Positions 22,421-40,100 of a stretch of 64,000 nucleotides of DNA are shown here, piece after piece. The stretch's first letter is position 1; each line of letters opens with the position of its first letter. The translations under genes and the position numbers were made by a program. The notes under the pieces are model-generated. The model was not told the origin of the DNA and ran no database searches. It was given only the letters and a program-made list of their open reading frames with translations. The stretch is from Scenedesmus sp. PABB004 (taxonomy: Eukaryota): positions 744,001-808,000 of the forward strand of contig JABVCE010000003.1 in assembly GCA_014905635.1 (NCBI GenBank), written 5' to 3'.

Positions 22421-22645
22421 CCCGGACGGAGACGTCTCGCGCGACGCGCCGCGCGCGGCAGTGCAGCGAGCGGGTGCCGCGCGTGGCGGCGCCGCAGCGG
22501 GGCTCAGCGGGAGCTGGGGCCCAGCAGGCCGCCTCCAGGCGCCGAGTCCGTGCGCACCCGGTCGTCCACAACGCGCCCGACAGCCCACGCCGGCGGCCCT
22601 CGCTGCGGCTGCGGGCCGCGGCGGCGCTGCTCCAGCAGCAGCGCC

Positions 22646-24552
22646 ATGGCCGAGCGGTGCCGCTATGATGCCGCGGCGAGTCCGTTCGTTGAGCTGGACG
22701 CACCGTTAACGCTGTGGGAGGCCGTAAAAATGGTGTTGCTCCTGCCGACGGTGCCGCTGCGCATCTTGGTGTGCTTCTGGTCGATGGCGCTCGTGTCGGT
22801 CGTCAACAGCCTGGCGATCTGGGGCTGGTGCGGGCCCTGCTGCCCGTGCTGCCGGCGTGCCGCTGCCCGTGCTGCCGGCGTGCCGCTGCCAGCGCTGCCG
22901 GCGCGCTGCTGCCAGCGCTGCCGGCGCTGCCAGCGCTGGTGGCGCGCCGCTAAAGAGCCTGACTGCGCCGCCGGGCGCCGCCCGCGCGCAGCGACCTGGA
23001 GCGCCCGCTGCCGCGCTGGCGGCGCCGCGTGGTGGAGCTGGCGAGCCAGACGAGCACGGGCGTCTTCCTGCGCGCGTTCAGCTTCTGGCGCCCGCGCGTC
23101 GTCGGGCGCGAAAACCTCGAGCGGGGCCGGGCGATGGGCGCGGTGCGCGCGGCGCGGCGGCGTGCGACGACGCGGGCGCGCGCAGGCACAGCACGCCGCG
23201 CGCCGCCGCCTCGCCGGGCTCGCCGCCGGCTCACGCGTGCGCCGCGAGCGGCGCGCCGCCGACCCGTGCTGCGCTGCGCTGCGCTGCGCGCGTGTCAGAT
23301 TGGCATCTTCAACCACGTCTCCTACCTCGATGCATTCGTGGTGGTCTGGGCGTGGTGCTGCGCAGGTGCGCGCGTGCGCGCGCGTGCGTGTGGCGCGCTC
23401 GCCGGGGCGGCGCGCGGCGCCCCGCGCTGCGCCCGCGCGCGCCGCCCCGACGCCGCGCCGCGGGGGCTGCCCAGGCGTCACCTTTTCGTTCAGCAAGGAC
23501 CTCCCGGTCGCGGGGTACGGCATCCGCGCGCTCCAAAACCTCTACGTGCCGGCGGAGCGTGACCGCTCCAAGCAGGCGGGCAGCATGGCGGCGCTCATCA
23601 AGACGCGGTGCGCGCGCGCGAAAGAGAGAGAGAGAGAGCCGCCCGCGCCGCCGGCGCTGCGCCGCGCCCGCGCTGACCGCCGGCCGCCCCCGCCCCGGCT
23701 GCGCGCCCGCAGTGCCGCGCAGCACGACATGCCCATGCTGTCCGTGGCGCCTGAGGGCACGCTCAGCAACGGCAGGGTCTTGCTGAATTTCAAGTCCGGC
23801 GCGTTTGTCGCCGGCACGCCCGTGGTGCCGATCCTGCTGCGCTACAAGCTCCGACCCGCCAGCCCGGCGTGGACCATCCCTCCCGGCAGCGAGCTCTGGC
23901 ACGCGGTGCGGCGCAGCGCGCACCGAGGCGGCGGCGGCGCGGCGGCTGCCTGGCGGCCGCGCCGGCGCCGGGGCCGACGCTCGCGCCGCGCCGACGCCGC
24001 CCCTCCGTGATGCCGCCGCGCAGCTCCGCCTGATGTGCCAGTTTGAGAACCGCGTCACAGGCGCGCCACGGGGACGCACGGCGCCCACGCCCGCGGCTGG
24101 GGGCCCCACACGCCGCGCCGCTCGACACCTGCGCGCCACGCCGCGCCACTGCCGCCGCAGTGGAGATGCTGCCGCCGTACGTCCCCAGCGCCGCGGAGCG
24201 CGCCGACCCCGCGCTCTACGCCGCCAACGTCCGGCGCGTCATCGTGAGCGCGGCGCGCCCGCGCCGCGGCCGGCAGCAGCGCAGTCGGTGCGCGGCGCGC
24301 TGCGGCGACGGCCGTTCGCGCGCGCGGCTGACGATAATGCGCGCGCGCGCGCAGGCCGACGCGCTGGGCGTGCCGCTCGTGGACCAGGACCGCTCGCACT
24401 TCCTCGCGCTCTGCAACGCGCGCGTCGGCGTCTCCTGGGACGGCCGCCGCCTCGTCGCGCCGCCCGGCGTGCTCGACGCGGAGGGGCGGCTGGACCTGGC
24501 TCCATACATGCCCGGCGTGTTTGTCAAGCCCGGCAAGGCCAAGGCGCAGTAG
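22646..24552 (+). CDS. Lysophospholipid acyltransferase (LPEAT/LPCAT-like, PlsC fold), multi-exon
   Basis: NHVSYLD (HX4D), APEGTLSNG, FKSGAFVAGTPVVPILLRY, LPPYVPS..ERADPALYAANVR; stop TAG 24550-24552. Confidence 0.9.
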
Positions 24553-24928
24553 CAGTAGCAGGCCCCGCGTGTGCGTGCGCATGGGTTGCGTGTGCGACGC
24601 GGCGCGGCACGAGCGCGAGGGCGGCGGCACTGGCGCACGCAGCCGCGCGCGCCACGGCGCCGTGGCGCATGCTCCGGCGGCAGCGCGAGCGCGCCTGCGT
24701 GGACCGCCCGCCGGTTGTGGACTAGCCAGTAACGAGCTCGTTACCGAGCTGCGGGCCGGCGAGAGGCCCACCCCCGCCCGCCGCCCACGACCCCGCGGCG
24801 TGTCGAGGCGCGCGCCCGTCCGCCCGCCGAGCAGCCGCCGCGCCGTGCCTGCCTGCCTGCCTGCCCAACTGCGGTGCTATGTACATGGGGCCCGCCGCCC
24901 GACCTGATCTACACCACTGCCTGCCTGG

Positions 24929-30075
<5,147 letters not shown>

Positions 30076-31123
30076 AACGAGGGCGGGAGATCGGCGGCCA
30101 GCGGCCCCGCCTGGAGGCCCCGCGCGCAGCAGCAGTGCGGCGTCGGTGACGCCAGCGGCGGGCCGCGCCCCCAGCCCTGCTGCGATGTCATTGGCTTCCT
30201 GAGGCTCCAGCGCGGCCGGTTTCCGCCCGCGCCGGGGGCCCCGGACCGGCGCGCGGCCGCGCCGCGCGGGCTTCCGCTGGCCGCCACCCCCGCGCCACCG
30301 GCGGCGGCCAGCGCCTGGCGCCGCTCGGGCGGGCCCTCGGAGCTGCCAGCGGCCTCGGGCCCGATCGGCGGCCGCGCGGGGGCGCCGCGGTCGACTCGGG
30401 CGGGGCCCAACCTGCGCCCTGCTGGTGCGCCGCGCCCGCACCGCACGCCTGGCCCGCCCCGCCGGCGCCCTGCGTGCAGAGACCCCCACAGAGACCTCCC
30501 CGACGCCACGCCGTCGCAGCGCGCGGCCGCCGCGGAGCGCTTACTCGAGACGCGCCCGCGCAACCGACCGATAGGCCGCCCAGGCGCGGCGTGAGCGTGT
30601 ACACGCGCCGGCGCGACTGGCAAACAGGCGGGCGCGGCCTCGGCGCGGCTCCCAGCGTGGCCGGCCGCAGCAGCAGCTCGCGAGATGGCCCGCCCGGCCA
30701 CGCGCCTCCCAGCGTGCCCGACGCGCCCACAGGTGCGGGGCGTGGCCGCCGCAACGCGCTCGTCAGCCCGCCGCGCGCCCTGGGTCGCCGGCCTGGGCGG
30801 GGGGCTGGCCGCGAGCTGGGCCACGGGCACGCGCCCGGCCATCGCGCCGCCCACCGCGCTCGTGCGGTGGCGCCCGACGCGGCCAGCGCTCCGGCGCGGC
30901 CAGCGCCCGCGGAGCGCGCGCGGCGGGGGCAGCTGCCCGCAGCACTACCTCTGGCGTTTGCCCGGGCGCCCTGGGTGCGCCGCGTTCTCCATACGCCCGC
31001 GTCCCGCCCGTCGCTGCCGCCGCAGGGCGGCGCCGCCTGTCGCGCGCGGGCGGGCGCGCGGGGGCATGCCGCCTGAGCAGCAGGCCGCGTTTGGCAGCCA
31101 TGATCAGGCGTAGGCCGCCCGCC

Positions 31124-34100
31124 ATGCGCGGGCCGGTCGCGCTGGTGGCGCTGCTGCTCCTCGCCGGCGCGCTGGGCCCGGCAGCGGTGCGGCGCCGCGC
31201 CGCGCCGCCGAAACGGCCGCCGCTGCCGCCAGCGCGGGTGCCGCCGCGGGGGCACCGCGCCGGGGCGCGGCGCCGTGCAGGGCTTCTGCGCCGCGCGCCC
31301 ACGCGGCGCCCCGCTCGCGCGCCGCCGCAGGCGCGGGACGCCTGCCTGGAGCGCCCGTGGGACGGCGGCGCGGCCGGCGCGAGCGTCGTCGTCAGCGTGG
31401 GCGGCTTTGAGGACCTGCAGCAGCACATAGACCACGCGGCGGGGCCGACCACGTTCATCGTGCGGCCCACGGACGGCGGCAGCCGCCTCGTCGCGCGGAC
31501 GCCGGTCGTGGTGTCGAAGCCCGACATCACGATCGCCGGCTCCGAGGCGCTGCTGGCGGCGCCGCCCGGCGCGGGCGCGGGCGCCGACGACGGCGCGTTG
31601 CAGCTGGCGGTCGACTGCGGGCCCGCGGGGTCGCTGCTGCAAGTCAGGTGGGCGGCGCCCTGCGCGCGGGGCCCGCGCGCCGGCGGCCGCGCGCGGAGTC
31701 GGGCGAGCCCCGGGCGCGGCGCCGACGCTCCCGCCGCCGCTTCCGCTCCCGCCGCACGCGCGCGCGCACGCGCAGGGCGCCGGGCTTCCGGCTCGTCGGG
31801 CTGGCGGTGTCGGGCTGCGTCAGCTCGGCGGTGCAGCTGGCGGGCGCGCGGCGCGCGCTGCTGCGGCGCTGCGCGTTCGAGGGCAACAGCGACAGCGCCG
31901 CGGCGCCCGGCGGCGCCGCGGTGAGCGCGTCCAAGTCGCAGCTGTGGCTGGACGGCTGCAGCTTTGCCAAGAACGGCGCGGGCTCCGGCGCCGGCGGCGC
32001 GGTGCTGTCGAGCGGCGGGCAGCTGCTCGTGACGGGCAGCCGCTTTGACGGCAACACCGCCGCCGACGCGGGCGGCGCGCTCGCGCTGCGCGGCCGCGCC
32101 GACGGCGCGCTCGCGGCGGGCGCGCCGGCGTGCTGGCGCGACGTCGACGGCGTGCTCATGGGCGTGAAGCTGCGCCGCAACAGCGCGGGCCTGCAGGGCG
32201 GCGCGCTCGCGGCCAACGGCAGCCGCGTCGTGCTGTCCGGCGCGGTCGCGTCGGGCAACGCCGCGCGCTACGGCGGCGTCGCGTACGCGGGCGCGTCGGC
32301 GCAGCTGTCCATCCGCGGCGCCAGCTCGGTGAGCGGCAACGCCGCGTCGAGCAGCGGCGGCGCCGTGTACGCGCTCGGGCCCGACGTGCGCCTCTCGCTG
32401 AGCGGGAGCACGTTCACGTCGAACAGCGCCGAGATCCTCGGCGGCGTCGTGTCGGCCAAGGACTTTGTCGACGTGCGCATGGAGGGCTGCACCTTTGCGC
32501 GCAACGCCGCCGCGCTCGCGGCGGGCGTGCTCTACGCGCGCGACGCCGACCTGTCGGCGAGCGGCTGCACGTTTGACGCCAACTCGGCCGCGCGCGACGG
32601 CGGCGCGCTCTACTGCGCGGGCAACTGCGCGTGGGGCGTGCGCGGGTGCACGTTCACCGACAACGAGTGCGCCGCCAACGGCGGCGCGCTGTTTGGGTGG
32701 AACCTCGACGTCGTGCTCGAGTCGAGCAGCCTCAGCGGCAACAGCGCGGGCGCGCTCGGCGGCGCGCTGTCGGTCGCCAACTCGACGCTGTCGATGTCGA
32801 GCTGCGCGCTGCGCGCCAACAGCGCGAGCGGCAGCGACGCCGCGGGCGGCGGGCTGTACAGCCAGGGCAGCGCGCTCAACCTCACCGACGTCTCGCTCAC
32901 CGGCAACGTCGCGAGCTGGGGCGGCGGCGTGTACGTGACCAACTCGAGCCTCGCGCTCGTGGGCGGCAGCATCGCCAACTGCAGCGTCAGCGGCAGCGGC
33001 GGCGCGCTCTACGTGCTGCGCAGCCCGACGAGCCTGCTCAACGTGAGCCTCTCCAACAACGACGCGCAGCAGTACGGCGGCAGCCTGTACTGCCACTACA
33101 GCGCGTGCGCGCTCGCGGGCGTGGACGTCGCGTACGACGCCGCCGCGCTCGGCGCGGGCTGCGTGTGGGTCGGGCACGGCAGCGTGTCGCTGCGCGGGAG
33201 CCACTTCCTGGGCTGCCTCGCCAAGACCGAGGGCGGCGGCGCGCTGCAGGCCACGGGCGCGGCCAACGTGAGCGTGGTTGGGTCGTCCTTCACCGGCTGC
33301 TCCGCGCTCAAGGGCGCCGGCGGCGGGCTGGAGCTCGAGGACGTCGCGGCCGCGAGCGTCAAGGGCAGCCTCTTCGCCGCCAACCAGGTGCGCCGCCGCC
33401 GCCGCCGCCGCCGCCGCTGCCGCCGCGGCGCGGCCGCCCCGCGCCCGTGCGTGCGCGCGCGCGCACCCGCACCGTGGCCCACGCCGCGCCGCGCCCGCGC
33501 CCGGCGCAGGCGATGACGGGCGGCTCGATCGCGCTGCACAACACGAGCCTGACCGTGAGCGGCAGCAGCCTGCTCAACAGCACCGCGACCGTGGGCGGCT
33601 GCCTGGCGGCGAGCGGCGGCAGCGCGGTCGCGCTTGTCAACGGCACCGCCATCGCCGGCAACGCTGCGGCCGTGGGCGGCGGCCTCGCCCTCGACAACGC
33701 CAGCCTCACCGTCACGGGGCCGGTCGCGGTGTCGTGGAACAAGGCGCTCGCGCCGGCGCGCGGCGGCGGCGGCGCTGCTGCTGCCACGCCGGCCGCGGCG
33801 CCCGCGGGCGCCTCCGCGGCGGCGGCTGCGGCGGCGGCCGCCGCCGCGTCCGGCGCGGTGCCGCCGACCGCGAGCTTTGGCGGGCAGGCCGTGCTGCGCG
33901 GCATCGGCGGCGGCATCTACGCGCACGCGAGCGCGCTGCTCGGCGCGGGGCTGCGCCTCGAGCGCAACGCGGCGGACCGCGTCGGCGGCGGCGGCTACGC
34001 GGACCGCTGCCGCGTGCGCCTCGCGCGCAGCAGCGTGTCGCGCAACACCGCGGGCGAGGAGGCGGGCGGGCTGAAGCTCGTCAACCCCGCGACGGGGTCG

Positions 34101-37100
34101 AGCCTCACCGGCGTGACCTTCGCGGCCAACTGGGCCGGCGTGCGCGGCGGCGGGCTGTCGCTCGTTGGGCTGGACCTGGTGAGCGAGGTCGCGCTTGTTG
34201 GCGTGTCGCTCGTCAACAACACCGCGGCGGGCGAGGCCGGCGGCGGCCTGCTGCTCAGCGGGCCGCTCGGGCTGCTCGTGCTCGGCGGCGAGGTCTCGGG
34301 CAACGCCGCCGGCGCGGCCGCGGCGGCCGAGGCCGGCACGAGCGAGGCGGGCGCGCTCGCGGCGTCCGCGGCCGCGGGCGACCCCTACGCGGCGCCCGCG
34401 GCGGGCGGGCTTGCGCCCGCTGGCGGCGGCATGCTGCTCGAGGGCTGCTCCTGGGCGGCGCTGCGCGGGCTCGACGTCTGGGGCAACGCCGCGCCCGGCG
34501 GCTGCGGCGGCGGCGTCGCGGTGTCGGGGTGCGGGCGGCTGCTGCTCGACGGCGGCGTCGTGCAGGGCAACGTCGCGGCGGCGGGCGGCGGGCTGTGCGC
34601 GGTCGGGCTGCCCGGCTACCTCACGCTGCACAACTCGAGCGTCAGCAGCAACCGCGCGCTGCTCGGCGGCGTGTGGGGCGGGCTGGGGTCGTCGCTGAGC
34701 CCCACGCCCGAGCCGCACCTCTCCTGCCGCGTGCCCGGCACCGGCGGCGGGCTGTGCGTCGAGTCGGGCGGCCAGGTGCTCATCAACAGCAGCACCGTGT
34801 CGCGCAACCAGGCCCGCAACGGCGGCGCGATGGCGCTCGGCCTCTGCGCCGACGCGGAGCGCTGCGCGCTGGGCCTCTTCGGCGCGGCGTTCGCCAACAA
34901 CACCGCCGTGCAGGGCGGCGGCGGCGCCGTGTACTTCACGACCGCCGTGTCGCCCGACCAGGTGCTGTGCGGCGAGGACTACAACGCCAGCGCCGCGCCC
35001 GGCTACGCCGCGGGCACGGCCTTCCCCTCGCTCGCGAGCCTGCTCGCGGGCTCGGCCGCGTGGGCCGCGCCGCCGCCGCCCGCGGCGCCCGCGGTCGCCG
35101 GCAGCGGCAGCGGCGGCGAGCAGCCGGGCGGCGAGGATGAGGTGCTCGCCTCCACGCCCGGCAGCGCCGCCGGCGCCAGCAGCGGCGGCGGCAGCAGCGG
35201 CGCCAGCGGCGGCGGCAGCGAACCCGGCGCCGGCGCGACCACCACGAGCGCCGGCGCGGGCGCCGCGAGCACGAGCACCTTCACCCCCGGCGGCGGCGGC
35301 GACAGCGACGTGGTCACCGAGACGGCGACCTTTGACCCCACCACCGGCACGACGACGAGCGGCTCGGCCACGCGCAAGAAGCGCACGGCGTCGTCGGGCG
35401 CGCGCGTGCCGGGCGCCGCCGGCCAGTCGGGCGTGGAGCTGGCGGAGGAGAGCGCCCAGGCCGGCGCCGGCGCCGCGTCGGGCTCGCCCGCGCAGGGCGT
35501 GACCGCCACGACGGTGAGCTTCGACCCCGCCGCGGCGGCCGGCCCCGGCGGCGAGCCGGCGGCGGCGGCCGAGACGGAGTCATTCGACCCCACCGCCGCG
35601 CCGGGCCTGGACGCGGGCTCGAGCTCTGAGCCGAGCGCCGCCGCGGCGCCCGGCCTCGAGACCAGCACGGCCAGCTTTGACGGCACCAGCGCGGAGGCGT
35701 TCCTGCCAGAGGCGGCGCCGGCCGACCTCGGCGACGCGGTCGGGTTTGAGGGCTTTGACCCCTCGTCCGCCGGCGGCGCCGGCGCCGAGACGGCGGGCTT
35801 TGACCCCACCGCGGCCGCGCCCGGCTTTGACCCCACCGCGGCCGCGCCCGGCGGCGACGAGTTTGGCATTGCGGCCGCGCCCGGCGCCGCCGGCGCGTCG
35901 GCCGCGGCCGCCGCGCAGGCGCCGGGCAGCGCGGCCGAGGCAGCGTTCCGGCAGCGCTCGGCGGCCGCCGCCGCGGCGGCGGCCGGCGGCCAGCTGCGGC
36001 CGGAGAGCGGCAGCGCCCCGGCGGCCGGCGGCGCGCCGGCCACCGACATCGGCACGCTGCGCGCCGGCCCGGGCGACGCGACGGAGGCGCAGCAGGTGCT
36101 GCGGCCGCCCAAGGAGCGGACCTACACCTTCCCCGTGGGCAGCGGCCTCACCGCGAGCACGACCGAGTTTGACAACGCCGACGCCGCGGACGGCGCGCGC
36201 GCCGCCGCGGCGCTGCGCGTGCCCGTGAGCCAGCAGCTGCTCGCGGCGGCGGCGGGCGCGGGCGTGGCGCCCAAGGTCACCAGCGCGTGGCGCCAGGCCG
36301 GGGGCGTGGCGCTGGGCGACCTGCTGAGCGCGGGCGTGGTGTCGGAGGCGGCCCTCGCGCGCTTCTGGACGCCCGCCGGCGGCGCGGTTCCGGCCGCGCA
36401 GCAGCCCAAGCATGCCAGCAACAGCCAGCAGGGCCAGGCGGAGTTTTACGCCTGGCTCGCCGCGGCGCTGACCGAGGCGGCGCGCGGCGGCAGCGGCAGC
36501 AGCAGCAGCAGCGGCGGCGGCGGCGGCGGCAGCGGGAGCGGCGCGTTTGACTGGGGCGGCCGCTTCAACCCGTTCACGACCACCTGCGACCCGGTGCAGC
36601 GCCCGGAGGCCTGCCCGGTGCCGCGCGGCGCGCGGCCGGCGCCGGCCGGCGGCGCCAGGGACGCCGACGCCGCGACGCTGCGCGCCGCGGCAGAGGCGGC
36701 CGCGCTGGCCGCGACCGGGCGCCTGCCTGACGCCGGCGCCGGCGCCGGTGCTGGCGCGCTAGCGGTCGCGGCTGAGGCTGCCGCTGTGCCCGAGGGCGGC
36801 GGCGGCGGCGGGCGGCGGCTGCTGGAGATCGACGAGGCGGCGGCGGCCCAGGAGGCGGCGGCGGCGGTCGAGGCGGCCGCCGTGGCGGCGGGCCAGGCCT
36901 CGCGCACGCCGTCGACGGGCCTGCTGCTGCAGGGCACGTCGCAGTGCGGCACGTTTGAGCACAACACCGCGATCGGCGCGCAGTCGTACGGCCCTGTCGT
37001 CACGAGCCGGCCCGCCGGGCTGCGCGTGTGGGACGGCAGCGGCGACCTCGCCGCGCCGACGCCCATGAGCGTCGCGACCGGCGGCGAGGTGAGCGTGCAG

Positions 37101-40100
37101 CTGCAGGTCGTCGACGTCTTCGGCGGCGTCGTGACGTCGGGTGCCGCCGACTACCTGCGCGTGCGCGCGAGCCTGCGCAACCCGTCGGGCCCGCCCGACG
37201 GCGTCGCGGCGCTGCCGGGGCTCGCGCCAGGCGCGGCGGCGGCCGCGGACGCCGCGGCGTCGCTCGGCGACGGCGGCGTTGAGGCCGACGCGCGGGGCGT
37301 GGTGCTGTCGGGCCTGCAGCAGCTCAGCACGAGCAACGGCAGCCTCATCCTGTCGGGGCTGCGCCTCTCGGGGCCGCCCGGCACCAACGCCACACTCTAC
37401 GTCACCGCGAGCGACCCCAGCCTGCTGCCGGCGTCGGTGCCGGTGTCGCTCACGAGCTGCAGCGTCGGCTACAGCCAGCAGCCCGGCGGCTGCACGCCGT
37501 GCCTGCCCGGGAGCTTCAGCTTTGCGCCCGACGAGCCCACCTGCGCGCTCTGCCCCGCCGGCGCGACCTGCAACGGCACGGTCGTCGTGCCAGCGAGCGG
37601 CTTCTGGCAGAGCGGGCCGCGCAGCGCGCAGATGCACGCGTGCCCCAACCCGGCGGCGTGCGCGCGCGACGCGGCGCGCCGCGCCGCGCTCGCCGACTGG
37701 CAGGCCGCGAACTACGGCTCGGGGCTGCTGCTCGGCAAGCCCCCGGCCGAGGTCGCCGCCGCGGTGTCGGCGTACATGGCGCAGCAGTGCGCGCCGGGCT
37801 ACGCGGGCGTGCTCTGCGCGTCGTGCGCGCAGGACGCAGGCGCCGCCGCAGCGAACCGCGTGAGCCACGGCAAGGTCGGCGGCGGCTGCGTCGAGTGCGG
37901 GCCGCGGCGCACCGTGCTGGCGATGTACTTGGCCGCGCGCGCGTTTGACCTCGCGCTCTGGGCGGGCCTCACCTGGCTCGCCTGGCGCGCGGCCGCCGCG
38001 TGGGCGGCGGCGGTCGCGCTCAACCCCGGCACCGCCGCGGCGACGGCGGGGTCGCTGCCGCCCTCGGCTGCGGCCGCGGCGGCGCTGCCGGGCCGTGACA
38101 AGGCGGGCGCGCCGGCGCCGGGCGCGGGCGGCATGGTGCTCGCGACCAGCGGCGCCGCGGCGGCCGCGGCGGCGGGTGTGGGCGCCGCGGCGCCGCTGTG
38201 GGCGCACGTGGCGGTGTACGTCGACTTCCTGCAGCTCCTCTCCATCGTCGGCGCCAGCGTCGCCGCGTACGCGTGGCCGCGCACGCTGCAGGCGTTTGTG
38301 GCGGGCTTTGCGTTTGTGCCGCTCGGCACCGCGCGGTGGGTCGCGGCCGAGTGCCTGCTCCCCGCGGCGCTGGCGTACCGGCGTAGCATCGTGAGCCTGC
38401 TGCTCGGCGCGGCGCTGCCGCTCTCCTACCTCCTCGCCTCCGCCGCCGTGTGGGTGGGCTGCCTCGTCGCGGGCAAGACGCATCGCACGCCCATCCTCGC
38501 GCTGCTGGTCGGCATGTCGCTCTTCTACCCCGCCGTCACCATGGCGGCGCTCTCGACCTTTGCGTGCGCGCCGCTCGACGGCCCGCCGCGCTCGCCGGGC
38601 GAGGCGCCCGCGGCGGCGGGGACGTTCTGGGCGCTCGACCCCGAGCTCCGCTGCTACGAGGGCCAGCACCTGCAGCTCATGCTCGGCTTTGGCCTGCCCG
38701 TGGTGCTGCTCGTCGTGCTCGCGTGGCCCGCGCTGCTCGCGAGCATGCTGTGGGACAGCCGCTTCCGCGTGCGCGAGCAGCAGGCGCACCCCGCGACGCG
38801 GCGGCGCTACCTCGTGCGCAAGACCATCAAGCTCTGCCACCAGCTGCTCGGCGTGCACGCCGGCTTCCTGCGCCCCCGGCTCTACCTCTGGCCCGTGCTC
38901 GTCGAGGTCCGCAAGCTCGCCGCGTGCGTCGTCGTCGTCATGGCCGCCAGCAGCGCGCCGGCGGCGCAGCTCTACGCGCTCTGGGGCCTCCTCGCGGCGC
39001 TGCTGGTGCTCGAGTGGGCGGCGCGCGCGCGCGCGACGCGGGCGCTGCTCGCGCTGCAGCTCGTCGCGCTGCTGGCGCTGCAGGCTGTCGTCTACCTGGC
39101 CGCGGCGTTCACCCAGGTGCGCGCGCGCGCGCGCGCGCACGCGCCGCGGCGGCCACCGCGCTGCGTTGCCCTCGGCGCGCCGCCGCCGCCGCCGCCGCGC
39201 CGCCGCCGCCGCGCCGCCGCCGCCGCGGCCGGCGCCCACCGCACCGCCGCCGTCCACCGCGCCGCGCAGGTGTCGCTCGCGGGCGCGGCGCCGACGTTCA
39301 CGGGGCTCATCATCACGGCCTGCCTCTGCGTCGTGCTCGCGTTCCTGCTCTCCCTCGTCGGCGGCCTGCGCGGCCGCGGCTGGCTGCGCCGCGCGCTGGA
39401 CGGCGACGCGGACGGCAAGGAGGGCAAGCTGCTGCACCTCAACGCCGCGGGCGGCGGCGGCAAGGCGGCCGACGGCCTCGGCGCCGCGCCGGCCGGCACA
39501 AAGCTCGTGAGCGCGGGGGCCGCCCGCGTCGCGACGTGGCGCCTCGTGCTCGCCGGCGGCAAGGCCAAGCCCGGCGCCGGCGGCGCGCCGGGCCGCGACG
39601 GCGGCGAGCCGGGCGGCGACGGCGCGCCGCCGGCGGGCGGCCGCAGCAGCCCCGCGGGCGGCGGCTCGCAGCCCGGCGGCCGCGCGCTGGCGGCGGGCAG
39701 CCTGCCCATCGCCGACGCGGCGGCGGGGCACGCCGGCGCCGGCGCGTCCGGCGGCGTCGCGACGTCGGCGAGCATCGACATCGGCGCGCTCGGCGCGCTG
39801 CGCCAGGCCATGGCGGGCCGCCCCGGCGGCGGCGCGCTGCTCGCGCAGCTCGCGGCCGCGGCGGACGGCAGCGCGGGCCTGCCGCCGACGCCGACGCCGC
39901 CGGGCGGCTACGTCGCGGTGGACCTGCAGCAGCTCTCGGGCGCGCGCTCGAGCCGCTCCGCGGGCCAGGGGCCCATCAGCACGGGCGGGTCGTCCGGCGC
40001 GGTCGCCGTCGCGGCCGCGGCGGCGCGCATGGGGCGCGCCAACTCGGCCGGCGCGGGGCCGCCGCCGCACATGCCGCTGACCACCTACCTCTCGGTGCAC

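Noticed and set aside
32631..33510. ORF-track start of the 2924-aa protein at 32631
   Set aside because: That N-terminus is out of frame; the true coding frame upstream is 31776-33387, joined by an intron
31800..34950. Bacterial (Chlamydia Pmp) horizontal transfer or contamination
   Set aside because: The gene has spliceosomal introns, host-like composition, a multi-TM domain and no autotransporter barrel
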